Positions 21,950-34,157 of a stretch of DNA of 64,000 bases are shown here, piece by piece. Where the stretch lies: assembly GCA_015680685.1 (NCBI GenBank), contig MNCI01002568.1, forward strand, positions 984,116 to 1,048,115, read 5' to 3'. The notes beneath the pieces are model-generated. The model did no database searches. It worked only from the letters and a program-made list of their open reading frames with translations, and was not told the DNA's origin. How positions within the stretch are numbered: position 1 is the stretch's first letter; each line of letters opens with the position of its first letter. Position numbers and translations under genes: made by a program. Source of the stretch: Gnetum montanum. Its lineage: Eukaryota > Plantae > Gnetophyta.

Positions 21950-22900
21950 TACCTCCTTGTTAGGTTAGGTAATGCTTCCATGGTACAACATGCCCTCAAA
22001 ATAAAATCATTGATTCATAAGCATGAAATGTTTACTATTCATAATTGGACTCTAGATTGTGATCCTCAATCTGAAGAATATTCTAAAGTTCCATGTTTTG
22101 TAAAGTTATTTATTCTTCAGTGACTTTTCAAAATAGCAAATTTTTAATCTTCTTGATTTCATTAGGTATATGCAATTTATTTCAACACTATTTGGTCCTT
22201 GCAAGCATTTTTTTTCAATAAAATCAATATTCTTAATTGTAATAAGGAATTAGTATTACAAGTAAGCTCAATACAAAAATTAGTATTGCAAGTACATAGA
22301 AAGACTAACATTTAGCCAATTGCATATTAAGAAAAGTGAAAAGTGGAAATTTTTGTTATGTCCAGGAAATCACAAAGGACTTGTTGGATGATTACAAAGT
22401 CTCAACACATTTTTGAAGAAAGTTGAAAACATCATTAATGTAATGCCCTAAGGAGATAAGGTCTATTTGAAAGAAAATAATGACTAAATTACAGTTAATA
22501 TTATAATCCATTCAAATATGAGCGAACAATGGGCAAAATAAAATGATATGCTCTTCATCCTAAATGCTTTGTTTGCACAGTTTGTAAATATGCTCCTCTC
22601 TTGGTAAATTAATCTAATGATCTATCTCAATAAAAATATTATGAGAGCTCATTCTTGCTCTAGCAATTTGATTCCTTAATTGAATAGGAATTGTTGAGAA
22701 TAGATACTTTTAAGTACTAGATAGCAAACCTCCTCTAGTAGGATGTAAATAAAGAATGTTTCTTGCTTAATGTGTTCAACCAAAATTTAGGTAACACTTT
22801 TTCTTTTACAATCTTCTAGAAGAGCTTTTTGTGATTTGTACAACTATTATAATTGTGAAGGACATTTGTTTAATGCATGTCCTCTTTTACTTATGAAAAG
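21950..22900 (+). mobile_element. Possible highly decayed L1-type LINE ORF1 fragments
   Basis: WTLDCDP...KVPCFVKLF (about 22045-22110) resembles the WxPxFDP...PVWVxL motif. YYNCEGHLFNACP (about 22845-22885) resembles a decayed CCHC knuckle. Confidence 0.35.
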
Positions 22901-22989
22901 AGATGTGAAGGGAAAGAAAAAAAAAGTGTTGAAGCTAAGTATGGAAACAAATAATTTAAATTATTAAAATAAAATCCACAACTCAAGGT

Positions 22990-23055
22990 TGCCCATTGGA
23001 ATCAAACCTATGACCCATTAAGATGTTACCAAGCTAAGACTCTTGCCACTAAAGT
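22990..23055 (-). mobile_element. tRNA-derived SINE relic
   Basis: The minus strand has A-box-like TTAGTGGCAAGA and B-box-like GGTTTGATTCC. It aligns with 63198-63247. Confidence 0.45.
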
Positions 23056-23148
23056 AATAGTTCATTACTTCAAAAATAGGAAAACATGCATAAAGAAAAA
23101 ATATGTGTGTGAGGCTAATTGCTTCATGAGAGTTCACTAATAACTTAG

Positions 23149-24000
23149 TGATGAAGCGTAGTCGATTGGCTTCATCAACGAGCATGTGTCGATGCATGCA
23201 CACATGCATCAATGCAGATGAGAGTCAAGCCTATATAAATATACATACCCATTGCATTTATGGCATGTTAAATAAGTAGTATAGCGAAGCTCTTGTAGTT
23301 TGTAGTTTTTAGAGTTAGAATATTTTCCATCTAAGTGCCTATAACATGAATTAAGTGATTGTACAGATCTTTACTCAAGCATCATGTACCTGAACACTTT
23401 GATGTGAACGACAATAAAGGTGAGATTTTTGATATTCATTGTAGCACTTAGATTAATCAATCTCTCTTCATTAGCACTCTACTTTACACACATTTTACTT
23501 TCTATGTTATCATAATTAAAAGTAATCAATAATGAACACATAAGTACGACTACTTCAAACATAGCATATAACGCTTGGTAATCCCAACAATGGCCATGTG
23601 GTATGCCAAGTAATTTCCACTTGGTAACCTAGTAGCATTAAGACAAGTTCAAAATGTATACAGAAAGTGGGTATGGATACTTATGTTAGGATAGTTAGTT
23701 ATAGAAATGTTAAGTAGTTAGAATAGTTCATTAGCAACCATTTATTTTTTCACCAACACTTAGGCTAAACACATATAAAAAATATAAACATAAATAAATA
23801 TCATATGTCTTAACTCCCACTTAACCATACCTAAGAGCCTACACAAGTGAGAGTTAGAAAGACCACAATCATACATTTCCTTGAGTCACAATCTTTGTCT
23901 ATAGGCACACCTAAGAGCTAAGTCCACGAAATTTGACTAGATTGCTAGTGCACGCTTGTGAGATGAGTTGGTACAATAGCCTATTATATACTAGCTCACA
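23149..24000 (+). mobile_element. Solo LTR of the Athila-like family
   Basis: Starts TGATGA and has a TATA at about 23231, GCGAAGCTCTTGTAG, TTGGTAACCTAGTAG and GTCCACGAAATTTGACTAGAT, as in the LTRs at 37.7 and 47.5 kb. It is about 850 bp with no adjacent PBS or PPT. No TSD was recognised. Confidence 0.75.
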
Positions 24001-24479
24001 TGCATGAGTGCCATGAAGTGAAATGTATCATGAGTGGGGCTGAGATTTTAGATTTTGTCCTATTATAAATATACATCAAAGTAGGCATACTTTGCTTCTA
24101 TACAATTAATATATGTGATCTTTTAAAAAATAGTGTATAATGCTTATATGTCAGCAATTTAACCCTATATTTTCAACCTTAGCGTTGAGCACCGACATAG
24201 GCTAGTTTTTGTTACCTGACATTACTTTGCACCAAAAAGTACCGAGATCGAACCTTAAACTAGCACTCTAAACAAGCTAACTTGAGACATTGTGTATACC
24301 AAGTTCTATACGTACAATTTGTCCTGGTGGATGATGTTGGAGATGAGGTGCGGATTTGCAATCTTCAGCCAAGCACGTGAAACATGAATTTCAATAGCAA
24401 TAACAGTCCAACCAGACCTAAATTAAAGGAACACTATAACCCTCAGCCACAGACCACGAGGGCCTGCACAAACGACGCA

Positions 24480-26540
24480 TTCAGGTACAGTGACCCCATA
24501 AACTGACAATATTCATTTGGAAACTGTAGTCGAATCTTTCGCACTTTCCTGGGAAGCTTCCACCCGTAACTTTCAAAATTAAACACTGCAAGGCCACACA
24601 ACATGACATAAGAAATGTTTTATATTTTAACAATCACAATGGTAAGGAACTGAGGAGATTGCCGTCTCGATCCCAAGGCCTACCAGCTATGTAAATTGGA
24701 ATATTTCATGTGGTTTTTACTGGTTCCTGTCTTTGAGAGTTATAACAAGCATATTTAGAAATAGTACAATAAGGATATTTTGCAGGAAGTCCAGATACCA
24801 ACGTGAAAAACGCTTACTGGGGGCTCCACCTGAAAAATTGACCCTATATCACACTATACGAATAAATATCAGTCCAAACCAGTAATAATTCCTGGAAAAG
24901 CTGCCTATCTTGGAAATATAATATAAGAGACAAAATAAGGGTCAGTGCCCACAGTAAAAGAGTTTTCTCTTTGAAAACCTTTAAAATGATGGAACGCATT
25001 TTTGGAATTTTCCTGAGACAAAACTGGCATAAAATGATAAAATGCCCTCGATTTTCAACATGTGGTGGTGCTGTTTATGCCTGTAGAAGCCACTGCTGCA
25101 CAGCCTGCTCTGTTGATGGTGATAGAATCATTATAATGCCGTAATTGTTAAGGTTGATTAAGGCATCAACTCCTGCATGTAATGTCTTTAATTAGGGTTG
25201 TTACAGTATGGAAAGAAGAAATTCTGATTGCATGATTGCCTGGGCTGGTTTTAACGTGGCCAGACCAAATCGGGCGTCAGCTTCAACGCCATGATCTTCT
25301 GAACTTGAAACCAAATTTTTAATTAAGTCGCTGAGCTGGTTGGATGTAGCAGTTTCAAAATTCTTGTTACCTTTTACATATATTTTTTAAATCCAGATGA
25401 ATCGAACCGATAAACATAGGATTTTCATGTGTAAGGACGCTGTTTGCTTAAAGTTGATTTTACGATGATTTTCAAGGGTGGGGATGGTATTTTTGTCTGT
25501 TTAAAGTAGCATGATTTCCGTCTGTTTTGTTTTGTGCATTTAGAAGCTACTTCTGCACAGGGGCGCTTAAGGTATTCAGTGGAAGAACAAGAAACAGTGG
25601 ACTGGTTCCTGCGCTTAGATTTTGGGAGTAGTTAAGGTATTTGAAGAACCAAAATTAGCTGATTTCAGTGTTAATGGTAGTCAATAAAACGGTGGTAGTG
25701 CTATTTGACATTTTGGAAGCTATTGGACTGTAGTAAACTGTGCAAATTCAACTGCAGATTCAATGTTTTTGGTTTATATGTTTCCCATTGCATCAACCTG
25801 TCACATTCCTTCCTGGTGTGATGGATCACGATAAGATCAAGCATGTCGGTACTTTGGCACCGGTAACTCGCATCTTCTTTCAAGTCTCCTTTCAATATTT
25901 ACCAACCAAAATAGCTAACTTCTTGTAAGGTGAATGAAGGCAAATCTCCCTTGATTTTCTACGGATATTTCTGCCTTGTTATATTCTTATATTTGGTCCT
26001 GTACCTATCCCACCAAAATAAACTATCTTATCCCCTTTTTAATTTTGGGTTTGTTTTTGTAACCGGAGCAATTTATCAGGAGCTCTGAGGGAGCACCTTT
26101 GATACACAACAATATAATACAACAATGGCCAATGCTTAATCTGTAATCCTCCCTTATAATTTTTTTCCATTGTTCTTATTGATTCTCTCTGCTTCAATCT
26201 TGAAGCTGTGCTGCCCCTAATGGTTCAAGAGCCTATTTTTTCCTAGGGTTTTCATCTTAACGAGCTAACTTTGTCTTTTTAATTTCTGCAGCTTTCTTTA
26301 AATTTATTAATATTATATTGATGCAAACTACTGGGAATAACACTTCTACATGCGCCATTAATTTTTACCGCTATCACAGTAATAACGTTGAACTCAAACG
26401 GCAAACTGGTATAATCTAAACTACAAACCATTCATTGCGGTAGTGTTTCTCTTGTTTGTGTGGCCTTAAATTGCATACTAGAAAGCAAAGAGGCTCACGG
26501 ATTCGACTATGTGATGTTTCCGATTACTATAACTTTGTTG
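24480..26540 (+). other. CAR upstream-only relic (paralogous promoter/leader with no coding exon)
   Basis: All upstream homology blocks occur in order (24490, 24820, 25050, 25223, 25753, 25891, 26428-26480), but no MENMLG exon follows. Confidence 0.7.
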
Positions 26541-27394
26541 CATCAGCCCTCAAAATTGCAATCAAGTTAAAAGGTGAATGTGATTGACTGATTTCTTACT
26601 TGTAGAAGAAGAACCCTCATGCCAATTTATTACATAGCTTTTATATTTCAAAGCTTATATATTTTAAGGTAAGACTAATTCTGTAAAGCAATTCTTGGTT
26701 AGCATTTCAAGAAATGCAATGTTTGAGAAAATGAAATAGTTTAAGGTATGTGTAGCAAATTCCTAAGCATATTGTCTGCTAGTGAAATAGATGTATTTTG
26801 ATGTAAAAAGCAAAAAACATCACATTAGATGTAATAAACTAAAAGTTAACTATCTCACAAATGCTATTCCAATTAAGTATCAAATACTATCACCAAGCTT
26901 CAGTTAAGTTCTTATGATCTTAGAATTAAAATTGGAAGATGGAGGAATGCTATCACCAACTTTCACTTAAGTTTTCATGATCTTAGAATTGAAATTAGAT
27001 CTATTCAACCCCTCAACAAGAACCCATTTGTAAGTTGTGCAGGTGAATAGCCCTTGAAGATGAATTACATGTGTTTCTTTCTTGTGTTTAGACTACCCAT
27101 TTGAGACTATGTTATAATATTGGAGCAAAAAACTTGAAGGATTTGTTTTTGCTACCCCCTATTAGTGCTTGTGTCAATTTGTAAAGTCTTTTTTTTTTTA
27201 ATTTTAATGAAAATGAAATCTGTCCAGAAAATGGTTCTACATATGGTAAGCAGACATTTCCCTCTGAGAAATATCTATGTGAACGAGAACCCCACTATAA
27301 AGCCAAACCTGCAACCAAGTTAAAAACATACAACAAACCTGCAACCAACCTCCAAACATGCAACAATATTAAGGATATATTGTCAAACCATGTT

Positions 27395-27930
27395 AAGAGG
27401 CTCCACTGTCAAGTTGAAAAATCGGTTCGATATCACACTGCACAAATAAAATTAAGTCTAAACTCACTAATAATGCCGAGAATCGCGCTATAACTGGTGG
27501 TGGTGAAAACCAATAAAGCAATCGGTTCACATCATGTAGAGGCGGTGAAAGGCTTGCCCACTGGAGTGAAGTATCGTGAAAATGTGACAGACAAGCCATG
27601 GGCCAGTGGCCAGGACAAGATTCTTTCCCTTTGAAAAATATGGCACTTTGCAGTTCATTCCTTTAAATGATGTAACCCATTTTTGGAATTTTGCTCAGAA
27701 AAATTTCGCATGACCTGCCCTCGATTTAAACATGTGGCGGTGCTGTTTATGCGTGTGGAAGCCATTGCCGCACAGCCTGCATTGTGATGGTGATATGATG
27801 CCGTCATTGCTAACCTTGATTAAGGTATCCAAGTTCTTGCATTTAATGTCATGATTTAGGTTATTAAAGTACATGAAGGAAATAATTCTGATTGCATGAT
27901 TACCTGGGCTGCTGTTAACTTATTGGTCTT
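27395..27930 (+). other. Second partial CAR upstream relic
   Basis: GGCTCCAC, GCACTTTGCAGTTCATTCCTTTAAATGATG, AACATGTGGCGGTGCTGTTTATGC and CTGATTGCATGATT blocks match 11590-12065 and 24820-25260. Confidence 0.7.
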
Positions 27931-28064
27931 ATAAAAAAAGCCACATTACCTTCCGGAGCAAAATGAAGTTCTAAAACGTCTTCTATTACTTAAAGGTCTA
28001 TCTAAAGTTTTAAATTTTAATGTGACTTGTGAAAGCCAGGAATAGGATTTGTGATTCTGAACAT

Positions 28065-29505
28065 GTTTGAGTGCCTGTGTCTCAAGAAAAAGTGGGGAGC
28101 CGGGGGACATGATAGAGAAAATTTAAATATATTAGCTTTTTTAAAAAATTAAATCTCAAAAAAAAACATTGTAAAATTCAAGTACAATGTATATCATAAA
28201 AAATATATATATCATAAAAAAACATTGTAGAATATAGAACAAGTACAATGTAAATTCAAAATATTGTTAATGCTTAAAAATTGCACATAAGATTGCAATA
28301 TCACCACTAAACCGAAGTAAGAAAATTTGCAAAGGTACGAAGAGCATCCAATACATTTCCTTACTCAAGAGCCATAATCCGGCCAAACATATAATTTCTG
28401 CAACAATCAAAATCACAGCAATAAAATGAAACCCTTTTGTTACTTAAATCAAATTTTCCAGGAATGAAATTAAGCCTCAAGCCTCAACCAAATTTATAAC
28501 AAATCAGGTTTGCTAATACTTTTGTTCAACCACAACCTGTGAGTAGCCCTGTAACCACAACCTGTGAGTAGCCATGTAGGGCCATGTTGAAGACGACCAC
28601 AGTATAAGAAGACACAACCTAACTAAACTAGGCACAGCCCAGGAACTCACCTTACCTACGATGATCGAAGACCTTTCCAATGCAGGAATCGGGACTAATC
28701 ATGATGAAGGGGGAAAGTAAAAACAGAGCATCATGAGCAGGCATATGGCCATTGGCCATGTGCTGCTGGGCTTCGTTGCCTCATAAGCAAACAGATTTTT
28801 CAAAAAGGTTGAACAAGCATCCATCAGTCTTTATCATGACCCTGTTTTGTTTTTGCTTCGCACGCGCCGTCCCCTCTCCAGCAAAAAGAACAAAAACCAG
28901 CAATGAACAGTAAACAACACGCGTGAATGTGTGAGTCATGGCGGAACCTTTGACGCTCCCAAAGGCCAATCCATGCAAATGCAATGTTTTGTTTTCTTCG
29001 CACGCCCCGTCCCCTCTCCGTATGACCCAAACAAGGCCCTTCAGCCTTCGGTTACCAAAGTAGCCCTTTCGTGATTTCCGTGTGTTTGTTTATTCATTCT
29101 TCGTACTCTTTTTTCTGTGGTCTACGTGTCATGCCGATTCCATCTTGATTGCTTGCTTGCTTGCCACTTAATGAAATGAAGTTTCTGGTAAGATTCAGAA
29201 AAGGAGAAGATACGTAAGATTTTAATGACAAATGAAGTTTCTGGTAAGATTCAGAAAAGGAGAAGATACGTAAGACTTTAATGACAATGCAGACATCAAG
29301 AACAGGGCAAGAATAATACCAGGCAAGGCAAGGAGACCATTTCAATTTATATATACAGATTCAGACAAAATTTTATTGGAAATTATGAAATACATACCCA
29401 TTGCGAATTTAATGTGCTTATGTGTGCTCCTGAATCCAACGCAAACAGTTCATCAAAATTCATCCGGAATCCCACAGAATCATGAATCTGCAGGGCATAG
29501 ATTGA
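28065..29505. repeat. Second copy of the 15600-16925 block, with an internal 56-bp tandem duplication (29174-29289)
   Basis: Colinear similarity to 15600-16925. Confidence 0.9.
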
Positions 29506-30069
29506 ATCTATGTTAAACTAAGGCAATATAGGATGAAAAGTCATATTTCACCGTGGCGTAGCACTGGACCATCATATCAAGGTTAATTTGGTCATAACTA
29601 ATTATTATTAGGTAATTTAATTTTTGATAATTGTCCAACAAATTTGTTGTTATTTCCTGGACATAATAAAAAAATTTCCAGTTTCAAGCTTCCAAAATTC
29701 TTAATTGGATATCCATGAAAAAGTGTTTCCCACTATTATTAGTATTAGGGGGCTCATCCCTCAACCTTCCTACTGTTCAATCTATCACATAATCATGTAT
29801 CAAGTTGGCACTGATCTCTTGAGGAAAAGGTGTGATATGGGTTCACCTAGATGGAATCCCCCTACTTCATGGATGAGGGAAGGTCTCTTTGGGTGCCTAG
29901 AGGTACACAGTACAAACCTTTATCTCAACACATTTCAAGAGAACCACCTAGCTATGGGTTGCACTTTTTGTAACCTTGTGTCTTAAGTAGTTAATATAAG
30001 TCCTTGACCAAGGTTGAATGGTTTTTTCAAGCCATCATTGCTGAACCCCCAAAGTGTAGACTTAGTTGG

Positions 30070-30470
30070 TCTATACTTACCATTTTGTCTTTAGATCTAA
30101 TAAAGATTCATTTTATTTCATTTCATTTGTGCATTGACCCTTGAAATGTAGTTCGCGATGGAGTGCTAGTTTCCATACCCAAAGAAAACATACAAACCAT
30201 GCAAAACATTAATTCATTGGAGTCCTACTCTTATTGGATCATCATCACCTAGAGCTATACCTACCATTTTGTCTCTGGACCTAATAAACTTCATTTCATT
30301 TGTACACTCAGCATTGAATATAGTCAGTATGCAACACTGGTTTCCATATTCAAAGGAAACATGTAAAACATCAATTTCATTAGTAATAGGAGAACATGTA
30401 AAACATCAATTTCATTAGTAACAGAAGTTCTACTTTTATTGAACCATCATGACCTGAAGCCATAGTGCTC
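30070..30470. repeat. Diverged tandem duplication of about 185 bp, origin unknown
   Basis: CTATAC(T/C)TACCATTTTGTCT...CTAATAAA occurs at 30071 and 30255, with colinear similarity after each. Confidence 0.6.
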
Positions 30471-31226
30471 ATCCCACTAAGCAAGGTCTTGAGAAGGTTG
30501 GTAGATGAGTGAAAGTCTAACCTCTTTGAGTAGCTACCCCCAAGGTTGAACCCAAGTCTTTGATTAAGAAATGAGCACCTTACTATCACTCTAAATTGAC
30601 GTAACCAGAAAAACGACATCACATAAGGTCCAGAACAGTGACAACGACAGATTTAAGAACAATGAACCCATAATCCCGGACAACGGTCATTTGGAAAGTC
30701 TACTCAAATTTCTCACACCTTTCTACGAAGTTTCCATCCTTGTAACTTTCAAATTTACATAATCAATAATTAAAAGTCATGGAAGAGATTAATGATTGTA
30801 TTAATAGTAAGCAATATCACAAGATAGGATCACATGGATCCCTGCGGATCACATGAGAATCTACCGAAAGGTCAAGGAAAGATGGCAGCAAGGTAGACAA
30901 TAAAAACAGAATTGTCATTGTCACATTACAGAACGAGCTAATGGCAACCTTGCAGTAGACGTGGCTACACGGACCTTAGTCAGAGTTCACGATTAACTAC
31001 TGACTATCAATAGTATAAAGCAATTTGTTAATCGATCTTAATTTTAATACTCAGCGGGCCCATATTTGTTCAAGGAATCTAAATCTCTAATTATAGTTTT
31101 TTAAACGATGTTTTCAAAACTCATCGTTCAAATCCATCTAAAAAGCTCTACAAACAGAATAAAATTTCACTCCATTTCAATTTCATAATTTTATTTGCGA
31201 TAAGCCTTTTCAATTTCATAATTTCA

Positions 31227-31560
31227 TTTACGATGACACTTTTATGATTTTACATGGTTCTACAATTACTCTGAAAATGACAATTCTAGCTCTTACGAAT
31301 TCCAGGATTCTACGACTCCAAATCTCATAAAGCGTAGGCTTAAATACCTTTATTTTGCTAGTTCTGTTTTCTGTGTTTGGAAGCTACTGGCCTGAATTTT
31401 ATTTACGATAACACCTTTATGATTTTACCTGGTTTTACAATTACTCTGAAGAAGACAATCATAACAGTTACGAATGCCAAGATTGAAATCCAAATCTCAG
31501 AAGGCATAGGCTTAAATACCTTTATTATTCAACATGTGCAGGTTCTGTTTGAAGCTACAG
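31227..31560 (+). repeat. Tandem duplication of about 175 bp in the CAR-C upstream region
   Basis: TTTACGAT(G/A)ACAC...TAGGCTTAAATACCTTTATT occurs at 31227-31354 and 31402-31528. Confidence 0.75.
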
Positions 31561-32146
31561 GGGGCCTGTATTACACCCTTAAAAAGGAAGTGTAGATTTT
31601 TATAGTTTTGTTTTTTTTTATGTGTCCGGTTTCATCACCCTATCACCATCCTTATCTTGTTGGAACGCCATAGACTTATAAGAATATTGGTATGCGTGTA
31701 CTGCAAACTGAGCGCTTTCAGTCACCTTTCAATATCCACCATTCAAACCAAACCAGCCAATCTCCTCCACAATAAAGAAAGACATGACAGCATGAACATG
31801 AACGAATTGTACTGATAATAATGCTTATCGGGTATCACAGAAACTGTAAACCATTCGTCGGCATGCTGTCTCTTTTATTTGTGTGGCCCCAAAATTGCAA
31901 AAGCTTCCCTCCACGGGATCCTGGTTGATTTGAGCATGCTACGTTATGGGCTTATCCCTTAAACATGCAATATTAGCATCCTAATTTGGAATTTTGATCC
32001 TCGATTACTGCTGCTGGAATGCTTTAAATTCACGTTTGCCTATTGCTGGATTACACTCGGTGGAAATCCAAGTTTGTTGCCTGCCCTTCCTGGTTTTCAT
32101 ATTTCCAAATTAGCTAAGCCAGAGTTTCAGGCATAGTTTTACAAGG

Positions 32147-34157
32147 ATGGAGAACATGCTGGGTCTGCTGAGGGTGAGGATAATCCGGGGCAAAAATCTT
32201 GCTGTCCGGGATATCACCTCCAGTGATCCTTACGTTGTTGTTCGTCTTGGTAATCAGGTTCGTCTTCACTTGTTTTGGAAAGCATTTCTATCGTCAGTTA
32301 TAAATTCATTTTCTGTTTCATATTACTGATATAACTTCTGCTATCATAGATATGTTACTAACCTCAAGCTTCTGCTTTTATGGTGGTTTCTTATAAACTG
32401 TCTGTCAGACTGTCAAGACGAGAGTTATCAAGAAAAATCTTAATCCTTTTTGGGATGAGGATTTGACTGTTGCTGTAACAAACCCAGCCCTGCCACTCAA
32501 ATTGGTAAGACTCTTCATCTTGGAAAGCTGTCCTGGCTCACCTAATAATATCATTGTTCTTTATTTGGGTTTTAATTATTACATTTATAATTGTTTGGGG
32601 TCATTCATGAACCTTATACAGCAACGACGGTATTTTAATTTCATGCTTCTAAGTTCTAACGGGAAGCTCCTCTTATTTCTTGTGAACAGTCAGTTATGAG
32701 CCCCGTAAAACGTGATTATAAGTAAAATGACGCCAAATTCTCCGTAATCTGTACTACGTTGAGAATTGTCTTCTTGGCGTTTCAGTGTTACTGCTTCGAA
32801 GAATGGTTGGTTTCGTTTGTAAAGAATCACTTCCTAAAAAAAGCTAGGTATAGTCATTTGGGGAGACTTTATCAGTTCACCATATATAAAGCACTGAAGC
32901 AGTTTGGCCAAATCCTTTCATTATCATTGGCAAAATGATTTTTATAAAATTCTACCATGCTTTTTGAAGTTGTACAAGCTACGTGGACACTGTTTTACAA
33001 AATTTTTACAGGTGTTGGTCGTTTTCTAGCTTGAACACTACTACTCTTGCATTTTTAAAACTAGTTTCTAAAGCTTCCGTTTATTTGGTGTGGCTAGAAT
33101 GCGGGAATCAAACTCATTTCTTTTAAGAGTCCTTTTAAAAATATATATATATGTATCTTTTGATCTTTTTCCCTTGTTCTGTATATTATTCTGGCTTATG
33201 CCTATGTAATACCGTTAGCATGTATCCAGCTGTGATTTTCCCAAGACTCAGCTTGTAGTTTCCCCTGGACCGGCCGCATGGGCCATTGTAATTTTCCACT
33301 TGTGCATATTTCTATTTTAAAAGGACGACCGTTTTTATAGGTCAAATTTATAGCAATCCTGTAAGTTGGGTAAATACCTTATCCTTTTAAATAGAAGATC
33401 TGGTAAAATCACAATGTTAATATATTTGCTGCTGAAGATGCCCTGCATTAAGAAGTAATGATTTTGCAGAAAACTGCACAACATATGCACTAGCTGACAA
33501 TTTTGTTTCTGCAATCCTTTTGGAGAATCTTTTATCCAGTGGACTGTAAGGTCTTGATAGATGAACGAGTGGTTAATTCGTACCTTACAATCTAGTGCAT
33601 GCTAGATTCCCATGTAATAACCTTGTGAAAGAAAAACAAATGGTTAAAATTGGAACATGTTCCCAAGTTCCCTGTGGTCTCTCCATTTTTATGTTAGAGC
33701 AATTCAACTTTGGTATGATTATTTATCAGACAAAAAATGTTAATAATGCTTTTTATATGTTAATAGTGCTTGTTTAACATACTTGTGTGATTGGGTTTGA
33801 TTTCAGCTAGTTAGAGACAAGGACACAATCAGCAAGGATGATGACATGGGAGATGCTGTGGTAGACCTACAGCCTCTGTTCTTAGCTGCCAGCAGGAGAG
33901 CTATGAATCCCCTAGTTGCAACAACAGAGGCTGCTACATTTCACACAGTGCAAATGTCCAGAGAAAATTGTCTGACATCAGATAGCCACATTAAGTTTGT
34001 CAAAGGTCAGCTCATACAGGATATTTGCCTGAAGCTTCAGAATGTGGAGACAGGGGAACTTGAACTGCGGCTCAAATGGATTGATCTTGCTTGTCGATGC
34101 ACCGTAAGTAATGTTCGGCACAACGTAGTGCTTCATGCAAATCATGTGGTTTCATGA
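32147..34157 (+). CDS. CAR: CAR family single-C2 protein, copy C, 185 aa; exons 32147-32257, 32409-32504, 33807-34157
   Basis: Same exon 1 and 2 sizes (111, 96) and GT-AG sites as copy B. MENMLGLLRVRIIRGKNLAVRDITSSDPY...NLNPFWDEDLT...LVRDKDTISKDDDMGDA...LQNVETGELELRLKWI. The frame is open. Confidence 0.93.

Noticed and set aside
22990-23055. Functional tRNA gene (also 63198-63247 and a B-box at about 24241-24255)
   Set aside because: No acceptor stem or cloverleaf; only degenerate A/B boxes.
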